Shown in pieces: positions 26,784 to 40,000 of a stretch of DNA of 64,000 bases. The number at the start of each line of letters is the position of its first letter. Within the stretch, counting starts at the first letter, position 1. This DNA comes from Phoronis australis (Eukaryota > Animalia > Phoronida): positions 1-64,000 of the forward strand of contig NMRA01000092.1 in the NCBI GenBank assembly GCA_002633005.1. Reading direction: 5' to 3'. The position numbers were made by a program, and so were the translations under genes. Under the pieces are notes generated by a model. The model searched no databases. It saw only the letters and a list, made by a program, of their open reading frames with translations, and was not told the origin of the DNA.

Positions 26784-29700
26784 CTACACATCAACTCTTG
26801 GTCTATAGCGTAACAACAATGGTATATCCTGAAAGAAAACCGTAACACAGATGTTCAGACACAAGTTGGGGAAGCAGTTTAGCAATGAGATTTCCTGCGA
26901 CGGATATATATTTTTGTCCTTGGGGAGGGGGTATACTCGCGCTTGTGGTACCACATTTTTGTTCTCTTTGGTCGTGTCCCCTAATGGTGGTTTAAACCCT
27001 CCGAAACCCGAGAGACTCGCCACTGCATTTGTGAACTGAAATGATAATGGTATGGCCGGAGACCAAACCCTTCGGTTAGAACTCTGAACACTGATAGATT
27101 TCAAAATTCAATGATCAGATCATGCAGACATAACTGCCGAAGATCAAATACAGTCGTGAACCAGGTAGGGGTTTAACATTTGCACGTTTACTGAATTCCA
27201 AAGCTAGCTGTACTGAATACAACTTGACTTGGTTACAACAAACTTATTTCCAGAGATAAAAGTTGACTTGAGGACTTCCAAAGAATTACAGTTCGTTATT
27301 GCTAGAGACCATGCTTGCGCATAAAGCAACGAGTCAGGACAAGCCAAACTAACGAGTCTAGTCTCAACCAATAACAAACCATTCATTCTTCCAAAGTCCA
27401 GAATCAAATCTCACCCTTTAAAACGAGTTGAGATGACTAAGGTGTCTAACGTACATCCTACACCGTCATCTATATTGCAACAAGTGTCTGCAAAAAGGTC
27501 AAATTCATCTTCAGAATACCTGGTATTCATCAAAGTTACCGTTTTCTATAATAAAATGCTTCGATGGACATAAAATTCTCTGTTTAATATTTTTGTTGAT
27601 GGAAGGCACAAACTAGTCGTATTAATAAGGTACAAACCTTTTGCCTCCATCTTGTTTTATAGACAAACTTCAAAGTATGGTCTTTTCCCAATATTTCTTC
27701 ATTACACATAATGTCCACCTGAAACACATCAAAGTAACGCACCTGTATTGGAAAAACTTGTGCGTCTTTGGCAAGGAAGTTCATTTTAGGCTTGTCTCAT
27801 ACTGTCTGCCTGTATTACATAAACTATGGTCGTGGGGAAATCTTTTAACGCCACATACCGTGTCAGATTTACAGTTATGGGCAAACTCAGAAAACTGCCA
27901 TACATTGGATATCTTCATCTGCGCGACTTATCTCTTAAAAATAATTATCAGAAGGCAATTATATAACCACTACAAGTTGCATTCTTTTCAGTGAGTAAAG
28001 AGATACTAAAACAAAATGCTTGAGTTCCGCCGAGACTTCTTTTTTTTTTGTAAATTACAAATTTTACGTCTCAAGCAAAAACTAGTCGGCGAACACAAGT
28101 TGTGCAAGATAATATATTTTTTAATGTACACGGCTTTGAGAAGATAATGAGTAACAAGTCAAATGTAAGCATTGGAATGTTAAGGAACGCTCCAAAGCTT
28201 ATTGACCAATAATATGGGCCATTCTATCAGCTAAAAATCTACAAGAAAAACTACAGACCCTCAAAGGCAAATTCCCGTTGGGTACCTTAATTCCTCTGAC
28301 AGTTATTTAGCACAAAAAATGCTAAAATTGTTATAATTTCAACTAAAACTTATATTCAATAGTTGTCTATGTTACAACTAGCTTCATGGCAGATATCCAC
28401 CTCAAGTCCAATCACGGGGTAGAATTTTCTCTAAAATATTTATTTCTGCTGAAAAAATTGACAAGGAAATGCCCATTTCTTCAAAATATTGTGTAGTAAA
28501 TACAGAACAGGACAAAAACAATCAGACAAAATACCACTTCCCCACCATCACGGCTAATTATTTTTACAGCAAAAATTCCAGGTAACGATTATCATAGTGG
28601 TAAAATTTTAATTACAGAATGGCTTAGCCAACTTTCTAACTTTCCTTTTTAACTCCCTTCATTCTCAGACGCGAGAGAAGGCCACTCTGACAATAAATTC
28701 CACAAGCCAATACGACAGGAAATTTCGTGCCATTTTGTCTGAATGCTTTTGGTATGTACTGTAAGTGAAAAATCGACCTATCGCCAGGATTTCAACTGAC
28801 AGCTAACTGACCAATCAGTATGCAACATTCTTGACACACCTTCATCTGCGTTTCCAAGCTGCCATTTTATCCGACAAACAACACCTTGTTGGTGACTTTT
28901 CACAAGGGGGCGGAGCTTGCGATCGGTCAATTGTTGAAGCCAGTGTCAGTGAACGCTTACCTCTTTATATCTTCCAGGTGAGTTGTATAACTTCATGGCC
29001 AGGAACTTCTTCATGACAGTTACTGTGGCATGTGAGGAGCACATTAAGTATTTCCGCTTCAACGTCTTTATATGTGTTGTTGGAGTCTTCTCCAGGCATA
29101 TCTTTAGCTGGAACAGACAACAGACAAATTTATAAATAGCATGCGGGCAATTCCTGTCCTTATACTGTGTTTCAGCACCATGTACATTCTGGTCACAAAA
29201 AGAACATCTCATGACTTGGAACAATTGAAATTGATACTTTCCAACTGCAGTAAGTAAACACAAAATCAAAATTACTACCCCTTCCCTCAATAAAATGGGC
29301 CTTGAACTTTTCCTCAACAAGATAGAACATGGCACAAAGAATGTCCAAAGGACTTATGAGTAGCAAGACACTTAACAAAAACATACGGCTTACCAACTCT
29401 TCCAACATGATGACCAATCCATGAAACAAGTTATTTCTCAAGGCTAATTGAATGTTGATATCCATGATGTCATTACAAAGAAATTTCTAAGTGCAACATA
29501 TTCCTTGATCTAAATTCATGCATAAGCAGTAACAGACAAGGAGGATTAGTATGACTAAATATGAACCAACTGGGCGTCTTTGTAACTGCCACAGCTTGCA
29601 GTTATGGTTATAAATGGAATAACAGCTTTAGGTGAGAGGGTCGGGCAGGGTTACCATCTAATGCGGATTTGACCAAATGAAGATGTTGGTTGTTGTTATT

Positions 29701-31423
29701 CCCTAATCGTTCATAATTGCTCACATAAAGATTGCTATGTGAACCTTTAAAAAGTAAGGTTGTTATGGTAAAATCCCACCAATTTTATTTTTATACATTG
29801 TTTTTATTTTTTTCTACATTTATTGGCAATGAATACATTTACAATAGCCCAAAAAGACAAGAACACCCCAGATACACATGCATACGCACACACACACGCA
29901 CACACGCATACTCCATACCTAATCCTCTTGACTACCAAGAAAAACAGTTTCAAAGTTACACCATCTTTTTTGTAAAAATTCTGAATTCAAATCATTACAA
30001 GCACTATACTTTTTACTCATATAATATTTTTGATGAAGTTAAAAAATCTACTTAGAACTAATCTTTTTGATCCGAACTTTTAGGTATAAATGAACTGTTT
30101 ACCCAATAATGAAACATTGTTTTTAAATTTTTCCTTTTTATCAAAAAAGCCAAAAATAACATTGTTGCAGGAGAGAGTGCCGACATATTGGGGATTTGCT
30201 TTGTTTAAAATTTCGTTACTAACTTTTGTCCAAAATGAATTTACTATATTTACATTCCCAAAATAAGTGTTCCAAAGTCTCTTTACAATTTATACAAAAG
30301 ATAATTATCACCAAATATTATGTGTTTTTGTTGTTTTTAATTTCTACACAACATTAGGCAATTTTGAGACACTATGGGTATTCGCAGAGTTGGGAGCCTT
30401 TCAGAAATAAATGTTGGTAATAATTATGGTCCAAAATTGGTGAAACTTTACCAAATAGCAAACTGACCTGTTCATCTTTCTTGTGATAATCCCTGTCTTC
30501 GTTAGTCTCCTGGTGTGGTTCACGGCTCTCGTTATTATCTTCGCTACTCTCTGCAAAAGAAAATCGAACTCAGTAAAATCAGAATGTTCTTATTTGGCTC
30601 TGTTAGTATACCGTATAGCAACACCATTTAGTACTACATCAAATAAGAAGCCTCGAAAAATGCCCAACTGTGGCTGACTTCTGTACAACGTGTCTCATAA
30701 ATGGCAGACCAGATTCATATGGTGTTTAGAATTTTTTAAATTGACACAATTTTGCATGAAGGCCTATCAAAAATAAAATTTTATGATGGAAAAAATGAAA
30801 AGGTGCATGAAATGAAAACTAAATATTTTAGAAAACTGTTTCAGCATTTTTGAGATCTCATCTTCAAAATTTATATCAACTTATATTTGATATAACTATA
30901 CTGTAGTATTGCTTATCTTTCTTTTTTTGCTAAAACACATCGTCTCATGACCCAATCCATGGAAGATTGGTATTTAGACAAAACTTAAATCTACAAGCTT
31001 TCTGCTTTCAGAAAATATCATTTTTGATTTAAATTCAATAGTTTTGTAGATATTTGATTAAATGCAGACTGGTAAATACGGTCCAAAGTGATGTTAAGCT
31101 CTTGCACACGCATCAAATTTTGCTATCGGTGAAAAGAATTCCCTTCATACAATGGGAAAGGAGATAGGGTAATACCAAAACTTGATATAACAAGAGGATT
31201 TTTTGCACCACAATTTGCAGTTTCATTGTTTTTGTGGCAAAATTTTAACAACCTTAACACTTCACAATCACATTCTTGTGAAAGCATTCTCCTATGCCGC
31301 GGGAAAATTTTACAATTCAGTCAAATTGCAACTTCAGAATGAATTATAAACTTTTAAAGGCAAACATCAAACCGGCCTACTGTTATGCGTTCACGCACAC
31401 ACACACACGCAAAGACACACACA

Positions 31424-31471
<48 letters not shown>

Positions 31472-34400
31472 CACACATGCACTAAGACAGGTCAATTATG
31501 TGCCACACCTCAAAGAATAACGTTTAACGTCATTGCTGCTTTGATAATTGCTCTGCTTCACAGGAAAGGAAATTAGCACAGCATTCGTGATAATGCCTCG
31601 AGTTGATGCTGATGGCTTTTTTACAAGACAAATTACAATGTACCATGGTACACTCTAAATATTCTCTGCACAATAATTTTGGAATATAACTCACCAGCCT
31701 TAGGGTTAGGTAGACCCCTTCTCCTGTAGAATTTTTCCTCTCTTCTTTCTTCATCTGAAACAATTGTCATGTTAAAGTCAGACAACAGAGGGCGCTGCGC
31801 TACTGTAACAGTAAATGACAGACTTGATTGGACAAGCTGCGTGAAAATGGAGTCTATTGTAGGCGTCCATAGTGTTAGGGTACGGCAGGTCATTTACCAG
31901 AAAGATAACAATAAAGTTGAAAACATTATTCAGAATTTTTTTTTACAAATCATGATACATTTGCCCTGTATTATAAGCACACTTTGAAAGTGGATAAAGC
32001 TATTCCACCTGAGCTCCTACTCAAATTGACTTATTTGTGGTTCAGTTTAATTGAGCTCAAGTACAATATGATTTACACCAGTGTTAGCTCAAGGCTGTGT
32101 TTCTGTATAACTTGACAGAATTAAGCTAAAGAGGTCGCATACTGAGTTTTATGGGTACTTCCCCTTGCATGACACTTTGACAAGTTGTAAGTGATAAAAC
32201 TAAATAAATAAGAACCATCAAGTCTCATCTTTTTGATTACACATGTATTAGTAAAATATATTCACTAACAGTTTTCATGGACCCCAAGCAATTTAAATAG
32301 AGTCCCAAATCTTTGGAAAGTCCTAGTTTGTAGCTTGAATCTGGAATTCATGAAGTGAGAACTTAGCACATTCGTCTGGGTGTAAGCCGATGAGCTTGTT
32401 GTTAAGATTTGTAAAACTGGGAATGGACATTGATCTTATATGTGACAAAAAAGAAAACTTGGCTGGTGAACATTTATCTGAGGGTGGCTTTGTACTTGCA
32501 CGTATACGATACGAGTTCCGGAAGGTAATTCATAGCATACTCAAGAACAAATCAAATAGTTTCAGTTAGGAGAATGGATTCCAGGGCGACATGACGCGAT
32601 CAAAATGACTGTAAAAACAACTATGTGAGCTTCAACTGCTGTAACCATTGCTAGGGTCGCACTGCTGGGTCGCACTGCTAGGGTCGCGCTGCTAGGCTCG
32701 CAGTGCAAGGTAGCATTGCTAGGGTTGCAGTGCTAGGGTCGCAGTGCTAGGGTCGCAGTGCTAGGGTCGCAGTGCTACAGTCGCATTGCTAGGGTCGCAT
32801 TGATGGGTCGTATACCAAGTTTGGCTTAAAATACTTACGTTCCTGTAACCTTGGTACCAATTTATACACAATGTCTTGCATGGTTCTATCATGACTACAA
32901 AAAGAAATAAGAACAACGACTGCAATGCCATCTGAGGGAGACATCAACAGTCACACAGACAACAAAATTTTGCAAGGTTTATTCTCCCTAACCGTGTCGA
33001 TAACACTTCAGTATTAGTGTAGAGAAAACCAGTTAAATGAAGCTTAAACAACAGTTAAATTACAATCAACATCGAGAATAGTGCAAGCACCCAACCAAAC
33101 ATCATTTTTATACAAGCATCTTCGATTTATTCATTCTAAATCAGACACATGACACAATTTGCTACCTGTAATGAGCCTTATGTTAAGTCATGCACCTTGG
33201 TTTCCGAACGCAAATTCAATGCACAGCACCAGATGATTTTCATTCAAGTCCGCATTATCACCGTCCAATCTCACATAATTTCTACGAGGTCTACTAAACG
33301 GGAAACCCATACGGATTTTACACCTGTGCAACACAATAAGATTTGAAGAAAAAATTCCATTGCTTAACCCTCAATGCAATTTCGCCCAGAATGTATTAGA
33401 AATATGCCACAGAAGCAGATGAAGACTATCAAACCATGTATGCCTACCTGATGTAATTCAGAGGATGGCTTTGGTGGATGATAATGCAGCATTTTGGACA
33501 GGTGTTATGTTTCTTCAAGTATTTCACAATACAGCTCTTGCAAACTGAAAACAGAAAATGTGGTCAATGTATAAAGTTAACGTAAAAGAGTACCACTGAA
33601 CTTGATTCATTACACACTTCTATGCCAGGTCAGCCTTCCTGGACACATGGGTATTCGATGATGACTTCCGGCTCACAAACCATTTGGATGTCTCAACCAA
33701 ATAATCCAACTGAACCAGCGTATGTTGGCTATTTGAATCACGCCATGGTTGGCAATACCACATCTTGCAATTAACTTACGATTACAAAAGGCAAGGATTG
33801 TGTAACTTCACAGGGTTCCCTCTCTAAAACAAGGCATGAATATGATAAAATCTCACCAATTTCAAACGGAAACAATTTCCAAAATTGCCTTTTATATTTT
33901 TCAAGGGCTTCCAACTTTGTTATGAATGGCCACAATTTTGCTGAAAATCCATGGCTGCTGTTGACCACAACTTGGACATGTAAGGGGTTAACTTGGAGCA
34001 ACGCATCTTACATGAAAAAAAGAAAATAAAATTTCCCTTGTCGTCAACACTGTGTCCTAAACTGATAAGATTTTACCGTACATATCGCAGATGTCTGTAT
34101 ACTACAACTGGGCACAACAGTGGTTCAGTGGTTTCTTTCACGACAGACTCAAGACTTTCACTCCTATTTCACAATCACTAAATAAAGCTATGACATATAA
34201 GTGTTTGCAAACCACAGCTTAGATTGAACATTCTCTTACTAGAGGAACATTTAGTAACTATTTGTATATTTTCACAGATCCTGTACATTTGCTGATGCAA
34301 GAGATAAGATTTATTTTCAGAATTGTTATGTGGAGCGCAGAACGAAGTTTCTGACTTAAGTCTTTGGTGGCTTTTTACAAAACGGACGTCTGGCCGAAAC

Positions 34401-35535
34401 GAAATACAGCTGACAAAAAACTTGTTAGCCAGACTAATCACACGGTAAATGAGCAACAAAGACTGGCTACTATGATAATGCAAGCAAGTTTTATTCATGA
34501 GGTTTTGACAGTTATGTGCTGCCCTCCTCTTAACACTTTTTGTCAATATATATTCAACAGATACAGTGACTACGTGCAACTGTCCCAAAATTCAATGCAT
34601 AATGTTGTAGTTGCAGCACAGTGCCTCGGGGCTCTCCCATACGATGAGCTGAATGTCATGTGCTGCCAGCTCAGCTGAGAATTTTTGCCCACAATTCTGG
34701 TCTTGTCAGGTGGGTATTTTGGCTTGGTGATATAATGGGTGTCATCCGAGCATCTGGGACGAGTATAAGAAAGAAGTACGAGCCAGGAATACGTTTTTTA
34801 TGTTTCATGTATGATGACATTTAAATAAAGATTGTGGAACTACTTTGTTTTAAGAAAAGAACTCTTCTAGAGGAAATAATTCTCAATATTAGCTCAGAGA
34901 TGGACATACCCCACCTGCCAGCTTCGGATGGCCAAGGTAAGCCACATGAGATTCGACAGGTGTGGAGTCAATTTTTGAGGATACATGACAAAACGCACAC
35001 AAAAATCAACCCCGTCCACATTTCAATTCAAGTTCCAAATCATCAGGATGACTTTCAATAATCAGAAACATGCCTCAAACAATATAGAATCCCTTGATTT
35101 CATATCTTGTAATCAGCAAATTTAAGCCTCACCAAGGTACTTCCCAAATCCCTTGTCACCATCAAACTGAACATACCACGCACATTTTTACTCAGATTTA
35201 AAATCAGGTGAAGACTGTCATGCCTGCAACTGGAGTTTATTCACCATTATGTGCAGCATTTTTTGGCACCTGCGTAAAGCCTAGAAACGTGGGCATAGGG
35301 ATTTGTAAAGTGACCTAAGCGTCTCAAGGTCCAGAACTGAGGTTTAGAGGCTGGTGCCTGTTCTTTAGAGGCACACTCATGGAAAAGGATCCTCCCCTTG
35401 GTAAGAGCACCACTTACACGTATGGAGACACTCGGTTATGGTGTGTGCTTCAATCAGGTAGCCTTTACATAGCGTGCATGTTATACATGGGTTAACTGAT
35501 TTCAGCTTGATCTTCTTTTCCGAGTGTCGTGGCAT
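26784..35535 (-). CDS. PCGF3: Polycomb group RING finger protein 3 (PCGF3/5 type), 228 aa, complete
   Basis: Exons 35535-35418, 33544-33448, 32894-32839, 31754-31695, 30550-30468, 29107-28961, 27718-27638 and 26828-26784 (687 nt). RING: [32 protein letters not shown]...CPKC...[29 protein letters not shown] end [18 protein letters not shown]...[19 protein letters not shown], close to the PCGF3 C-terminus as I recall it. Confidence 0.93.
29780..30420 (-). mobile_element. 3' fragment of an L1/Tx1-clade LINE
   Basis: Minus-strand translation contains [18 protein letters not shown] (zf-RVT-like motif), followed by AATAAA and an A-rich tail; it has multiple stops. Confidence 0.6.
31393..31477. repeat. 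Compound microsatellite (CA)n/(GCAC)n
   Basis: Directly visible. Confidence 0.95.
32647..32810. repeat. 14-bp minisatellite (GCTAGGGTCGCAGT)n
   Basis: About 11 degenerate tandem units in a PCGF3 intron. Confidence 0.9.
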
Positions 35536-36599
35536 CCTCCACCTACAACACAAGAGCCACAAGACGGATATTTGATATTGTAAGCAATGACGTAGAATGA
35601 ATCTGCCCTGTTCCAAATATACCATTTGTTAGATACAGGCAAGAAGTTAACGATGCCTTACTTCGGTCATATTTCAATTACTGCCATCGGGTGTGGCATT
35701 TATGTGGTGTTCATAAGGGATGCAAAATGGAAAACATTTAGTGTCAATATTCTATGTTTCAGTTAAGTATAATTCCACTCCATTTGTTGTCTACAGAATG
35801 TCTTGGGGTGGAAGTTTTAAGCATATACATAACAGACTGTAGCCTTGGCACAAACCTGTATACTAACTTGTTCTTTCACAAGGTTGCGTACACGTCAAAA
35901 CAAATTGTCGGAACTGGTTTCACTGAATATAAGTTTTTAGAGCTTTGATACCAGAACAAATTTTACTGCTGACGAGAGATGTTGCTTTAATTTATGAAAT
36001 GGCGGGTGTGCGTGTCACGAGTGTACTGTTTACAAAATGACAACATACTTTTCTTTGTTACAAAAGGCGGAGAAATATGCAAGAAAATGATGTTTATTAG
36101 ATTGTTTTTCACTTAAACAGTTGTAACGGAAAGGTGAGTGTTGAATTCCAGATTTTGCATGCACTCCCGCCAGTCTTTAGCTCTAGATGATGATATAAGT
36201 TTCACGGCTAGGTGACGAGCAGAATTACCCGGGCTTAGTGCAATATCGAGGTCTGTTGCCACTGAACACACAGTGGTACCTAGCTGTATTTTGACGATTG
36301 GGACGATAGCCTTCATACAGCTAGCTGGCTGGCTAGCCGCTACATAGACTGCTGTCCTCTGCAATGCTTTGTTCTCACACATGTGTCCCATGAGGATATG
36401 TAAGACAAACTGTGTCACCAGGTTCGCTACCTCAATCCATATGGACTTAATTCCATCCACCGTCAAGGGCCAGGAGCCACTTGATTGTCTTCAGTTCTAG
36501 CTGGCTGGCTAAGTTACTGAGACTAGAGTAGAGTAAGGCTACAGAAAAGATCGACGGTAGCCAAAGAACAAAGTCATTCATAAAGGCTAAATGTACTTG

Positions 36600-37050
36600 A
36601 AATTACCTTAAAAACGCTGCTTTAGCGTCATTGGCACACCGGACATCTGAAGGGAAGGGGCAACTTGGCTGAAAAATGAAAAACGGAAAAGAGAAAAAAG
36701 CCTTGACCGGAAACTAGATGCCCTGGTGGTCAGTTTGGAAAGCTCTGCAAAAGCAGTATTTTTACATCGAAACGTGTGATATCTAAGTGTGAGATTAACT
36801 TCACTTTTATGTAAAATATTAGATAGCAATTATACCTCTTTGAATATATTTTACTTGCTTTTAATTGCTAGTAATTAGATTTTTAACCATGAAGATAAAA
36901 AGATTCTGAGGCTAAAGCCTGAGCGAAACTTTGCCACCTTATTTGTGAACCAGGAAGTTCGTGTGGTAATCGAAGTTGAAAGTTGTGTCAATGACTTATG
37001 ATTATAAAGTCATTATATTGGTATATAGATATATTAGTTTTTAAATTGCA
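36600..37050. promoter_or_regulatory. Putative bidirectional promoter between PCGF3 (5'UTR exon) and the SAM adaptor gene
   Basis: Minus-strand donor AG|GTAATT at ~36606 (candidate PCGF3 UTR exon), ETS-like CCGGAA (36707) and CAGGAAGT (36951), and the ATG of the divergent gene at 37051. Confidence 0.4.
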
Positions 37051-40000
37051 ATGTCACGATTGCCATCCGTTGATGAGGTGGAGGTTTGGAGCATTTTGGA
37101 CGTTTCAAATTGGTTAAAGAAGGTAATATTTCTTGTTTCATTTTTTTTTAATTTCCCTGTCACTGACACAGTGACAATGTCAGTGTCACTTGACAGTGTC
37201 ACTTGCAAATGTAGCCTTGTAGGCAACTTACGCTCTTATCTAGTCGGTAAACTGGTTATATTGGGGTGAAGTGTGCACACATTATGAGAACCGATGGGAA
37301 AACTTGTTCTTTAAGTGTGGGCACATTATAGCTTACTAGTATTACCAGTTTTCAATCCCTTACGGTTTGAGCTGTATTGTTTGGCTAGCCCTTATCAGCC
37401 TTTTCTAGCCAATATTCGGCTCTTATGTAGAAAATTTCTGTGTCTCAGGTGGGACTCGAACCCCGGTTGCACGAGCAACGGTCAAGCATCTAAACCATTC
37501 AGCAAGAGGCAATTGCTACTTGGGCAAGCGGCTTAGAATGAGGCTTTATCTGACAGTACATGTCGTTCACAACCGGAAGTCACGCTTCACAACACTGTAC
37601 TCTTCTTTCCACGGAACTGGTGCGCTCCCTGGCTTTTAGATCTCAGCAACACCCTAGCATCCAAGAATTTGACCTCAGCTACGCTCTCTTTGTGTACTGA
37701 ATCCATCAGTACCAGGTCGCCCCCTATCCATCTGCTGCTTTACATCTCAGGGTTAATCGTGGACTTAGTTGTGCGCCAATGTAGAAAATGTCGGTGCTCC
37801 GGTGAGACTTGCACAAGCGACAGTCAAGCGTCTAAACCATTCGGCCAAGAGGGAATTGCTACTTGGCAAGCAGCTTAGGACGCTTGGGTGTTGCTGAGAT
37901 CTAAAAGCCAGGCAGTGCACCTGTTCCGCGGAAGGGGGAGTGGTGTTGTGAAGCGTGACTTCCGGTTGTGATGACACGTACCGTCAGATAAAGCCACTCT
38001 AAGCCGCTTCAGTAATGCCCACCAATTCGCTCCACTGAGAAAATAATAACTTGAAACGTCGTTAATTGGTTGACCCGTCAAAGCGGATGTGACTGGACGC
38101 TTTTACCTGACCTTGACATCTGCCAACACTATTCATGCTCGGTTGTATTTCAGTTTCAAAAATTCCCAACGGCCATAGCATTATGCGGCGCGTCGTTATC
38201 GTTGCACCTTTCCCTCAAACTAGCATTTTCCTGACCATATCTGATGCCGTGTACTAACACAGACATTCAAATAACACCTTCCTTATCCGTTATGGCGATT
38301 TAAAAAAACATAATTTGATGAACATCGTTTTCTTATACCACTCTCCTGCTTTTGTCAGATGTTGACTACAAAACAGTATGCCCGTGACGCACTTATATGC
38401 CATTTGCTTGACTTTTGAACATTTGGTAAAGTGACATTTTTTGGGAAATGATGACAGCTTTGCCAAAGCAATAGTTCCTGAGAATTTCAGTTTGCTGGTA
38501 GTAGAGCACTTAATACTACTAACAAATTGCAGCCACTTCTGGTAATTTGCTGTGAAATTTGTGCAAAGTTGTGAAAAAAACAAATAGATTGATGAATCAG
38601 TGAAAACAGAGATGGGCCAACAGGTAGCGCTCAGCCGGTCAATTTCATGGTGCTCGAAGTTGTCACATATAATCACTCCACAAACGTAACTGCAGAGTAA
38701 CAGACTAATGATATTCTTTCCAATCTGGTAATGGNTACATCGCCTCTGGTTCGGGCCAACAGAGGCGATGGTCATTGCCTAGCCGCTACATAGACTGCTG
38801 TCCTCTGCAATGCTTTGTTCTCACACATGTATCCCATGAGGATATATAGGACAAACTGTGTCACCAGGTTCGCTACCTCAATCCATATGGACTTAATTCC
38901 ATCCACCGCCAAGGGTCAGGTGCCTTTTGATTGTCTTCTAGCTGGCTGGCTAAGTTACTGAGACTAGAGTAGAGTAAGGCTACAGAAAAGATCGACGGTA
39001 GCCAAACAACAAAGTCATTCATAACGGCTAAATGTACTTGAAATTACCTTAAAAACGCTGCTTTAGCGTCATTGGCACACCGGACATCTGAAGGGAAGGG
39101 GCAACTTGGCTGAAAATGAAAAACGGAAAAGAGAAAAAAGCCTTGACCGGAAACTCGATGCCCTGGTGGTCAGTTTGGGAAGCTTTGCAAAAGGAGTATT
39201 TTTACATCGAAACGTGTGCTATCTAAGTGTGAGATTAATTTCACTTTTATGTAAAATATTAGATATCAATTATACCTCTTTGAATATATTTTACTTGGTT
39301 TTAATTGCTAGAAATCAAATTTTTAACCATAAAGATAAAAAGATTCTGAGGCTAAAGCCTGAGCGAAACTTTGCCACCTTATTTGTGAACCAGGAAGTTC
39401 GTGTGGTAATCGAAGTTGAAAGTTGTGTCAATGACTGATGATTATAAAGTCATTATATTGGTATATAGATATATTAGTTTTTAAATTGCAATGTCGCGAT
39501 TGCCATCCGTTGATGAGGTGGAGGTTTGGAGCATTTTGGACGTTTCAAATTGGTTAAAGAAGGTAATATTTCTTGTTCCATTTTTTTATGATTTTTTGAG
39601 TCAGACTCAGTGACAGTGTCAGTGTCACTTGACAGTGTCACTTGCAAATGTAGCCTTGTAGGCAAATTACGCTCTTATCTAGTCGGTCAACTGGTTATAT
39701 TGGGGTGAAGTGTGCACACATTATGAGAACCGATGGGAAAACTTGCTCTTATGTATAAAATTTGTGTGTCTCAGGTGGGACTCAAACCCCGTTTGCACGA
39801 GCAACGGTCAAACATCTAAACCATTCAGCAAGAGGCAATTGCTACTTGGCAGGCGGCTTAGACTGAGGCTATATCTGACAGTACATGTCATTCACAACCA
39901 GAAGTCACGCTTCACAACACTGTACTCTTCCTTCCACGGAACTGGTGCGCTCCCTGGCTTTTAGATCTCAGCAACACGCGAGCATCCAACAATTTGACCC

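Noticed and set aside
32647-32810. CRISPR-like repeat array
   Set aside because: Head-to-tail 14-bp units with no unique spacers, eukaryotic context and no cas genes.
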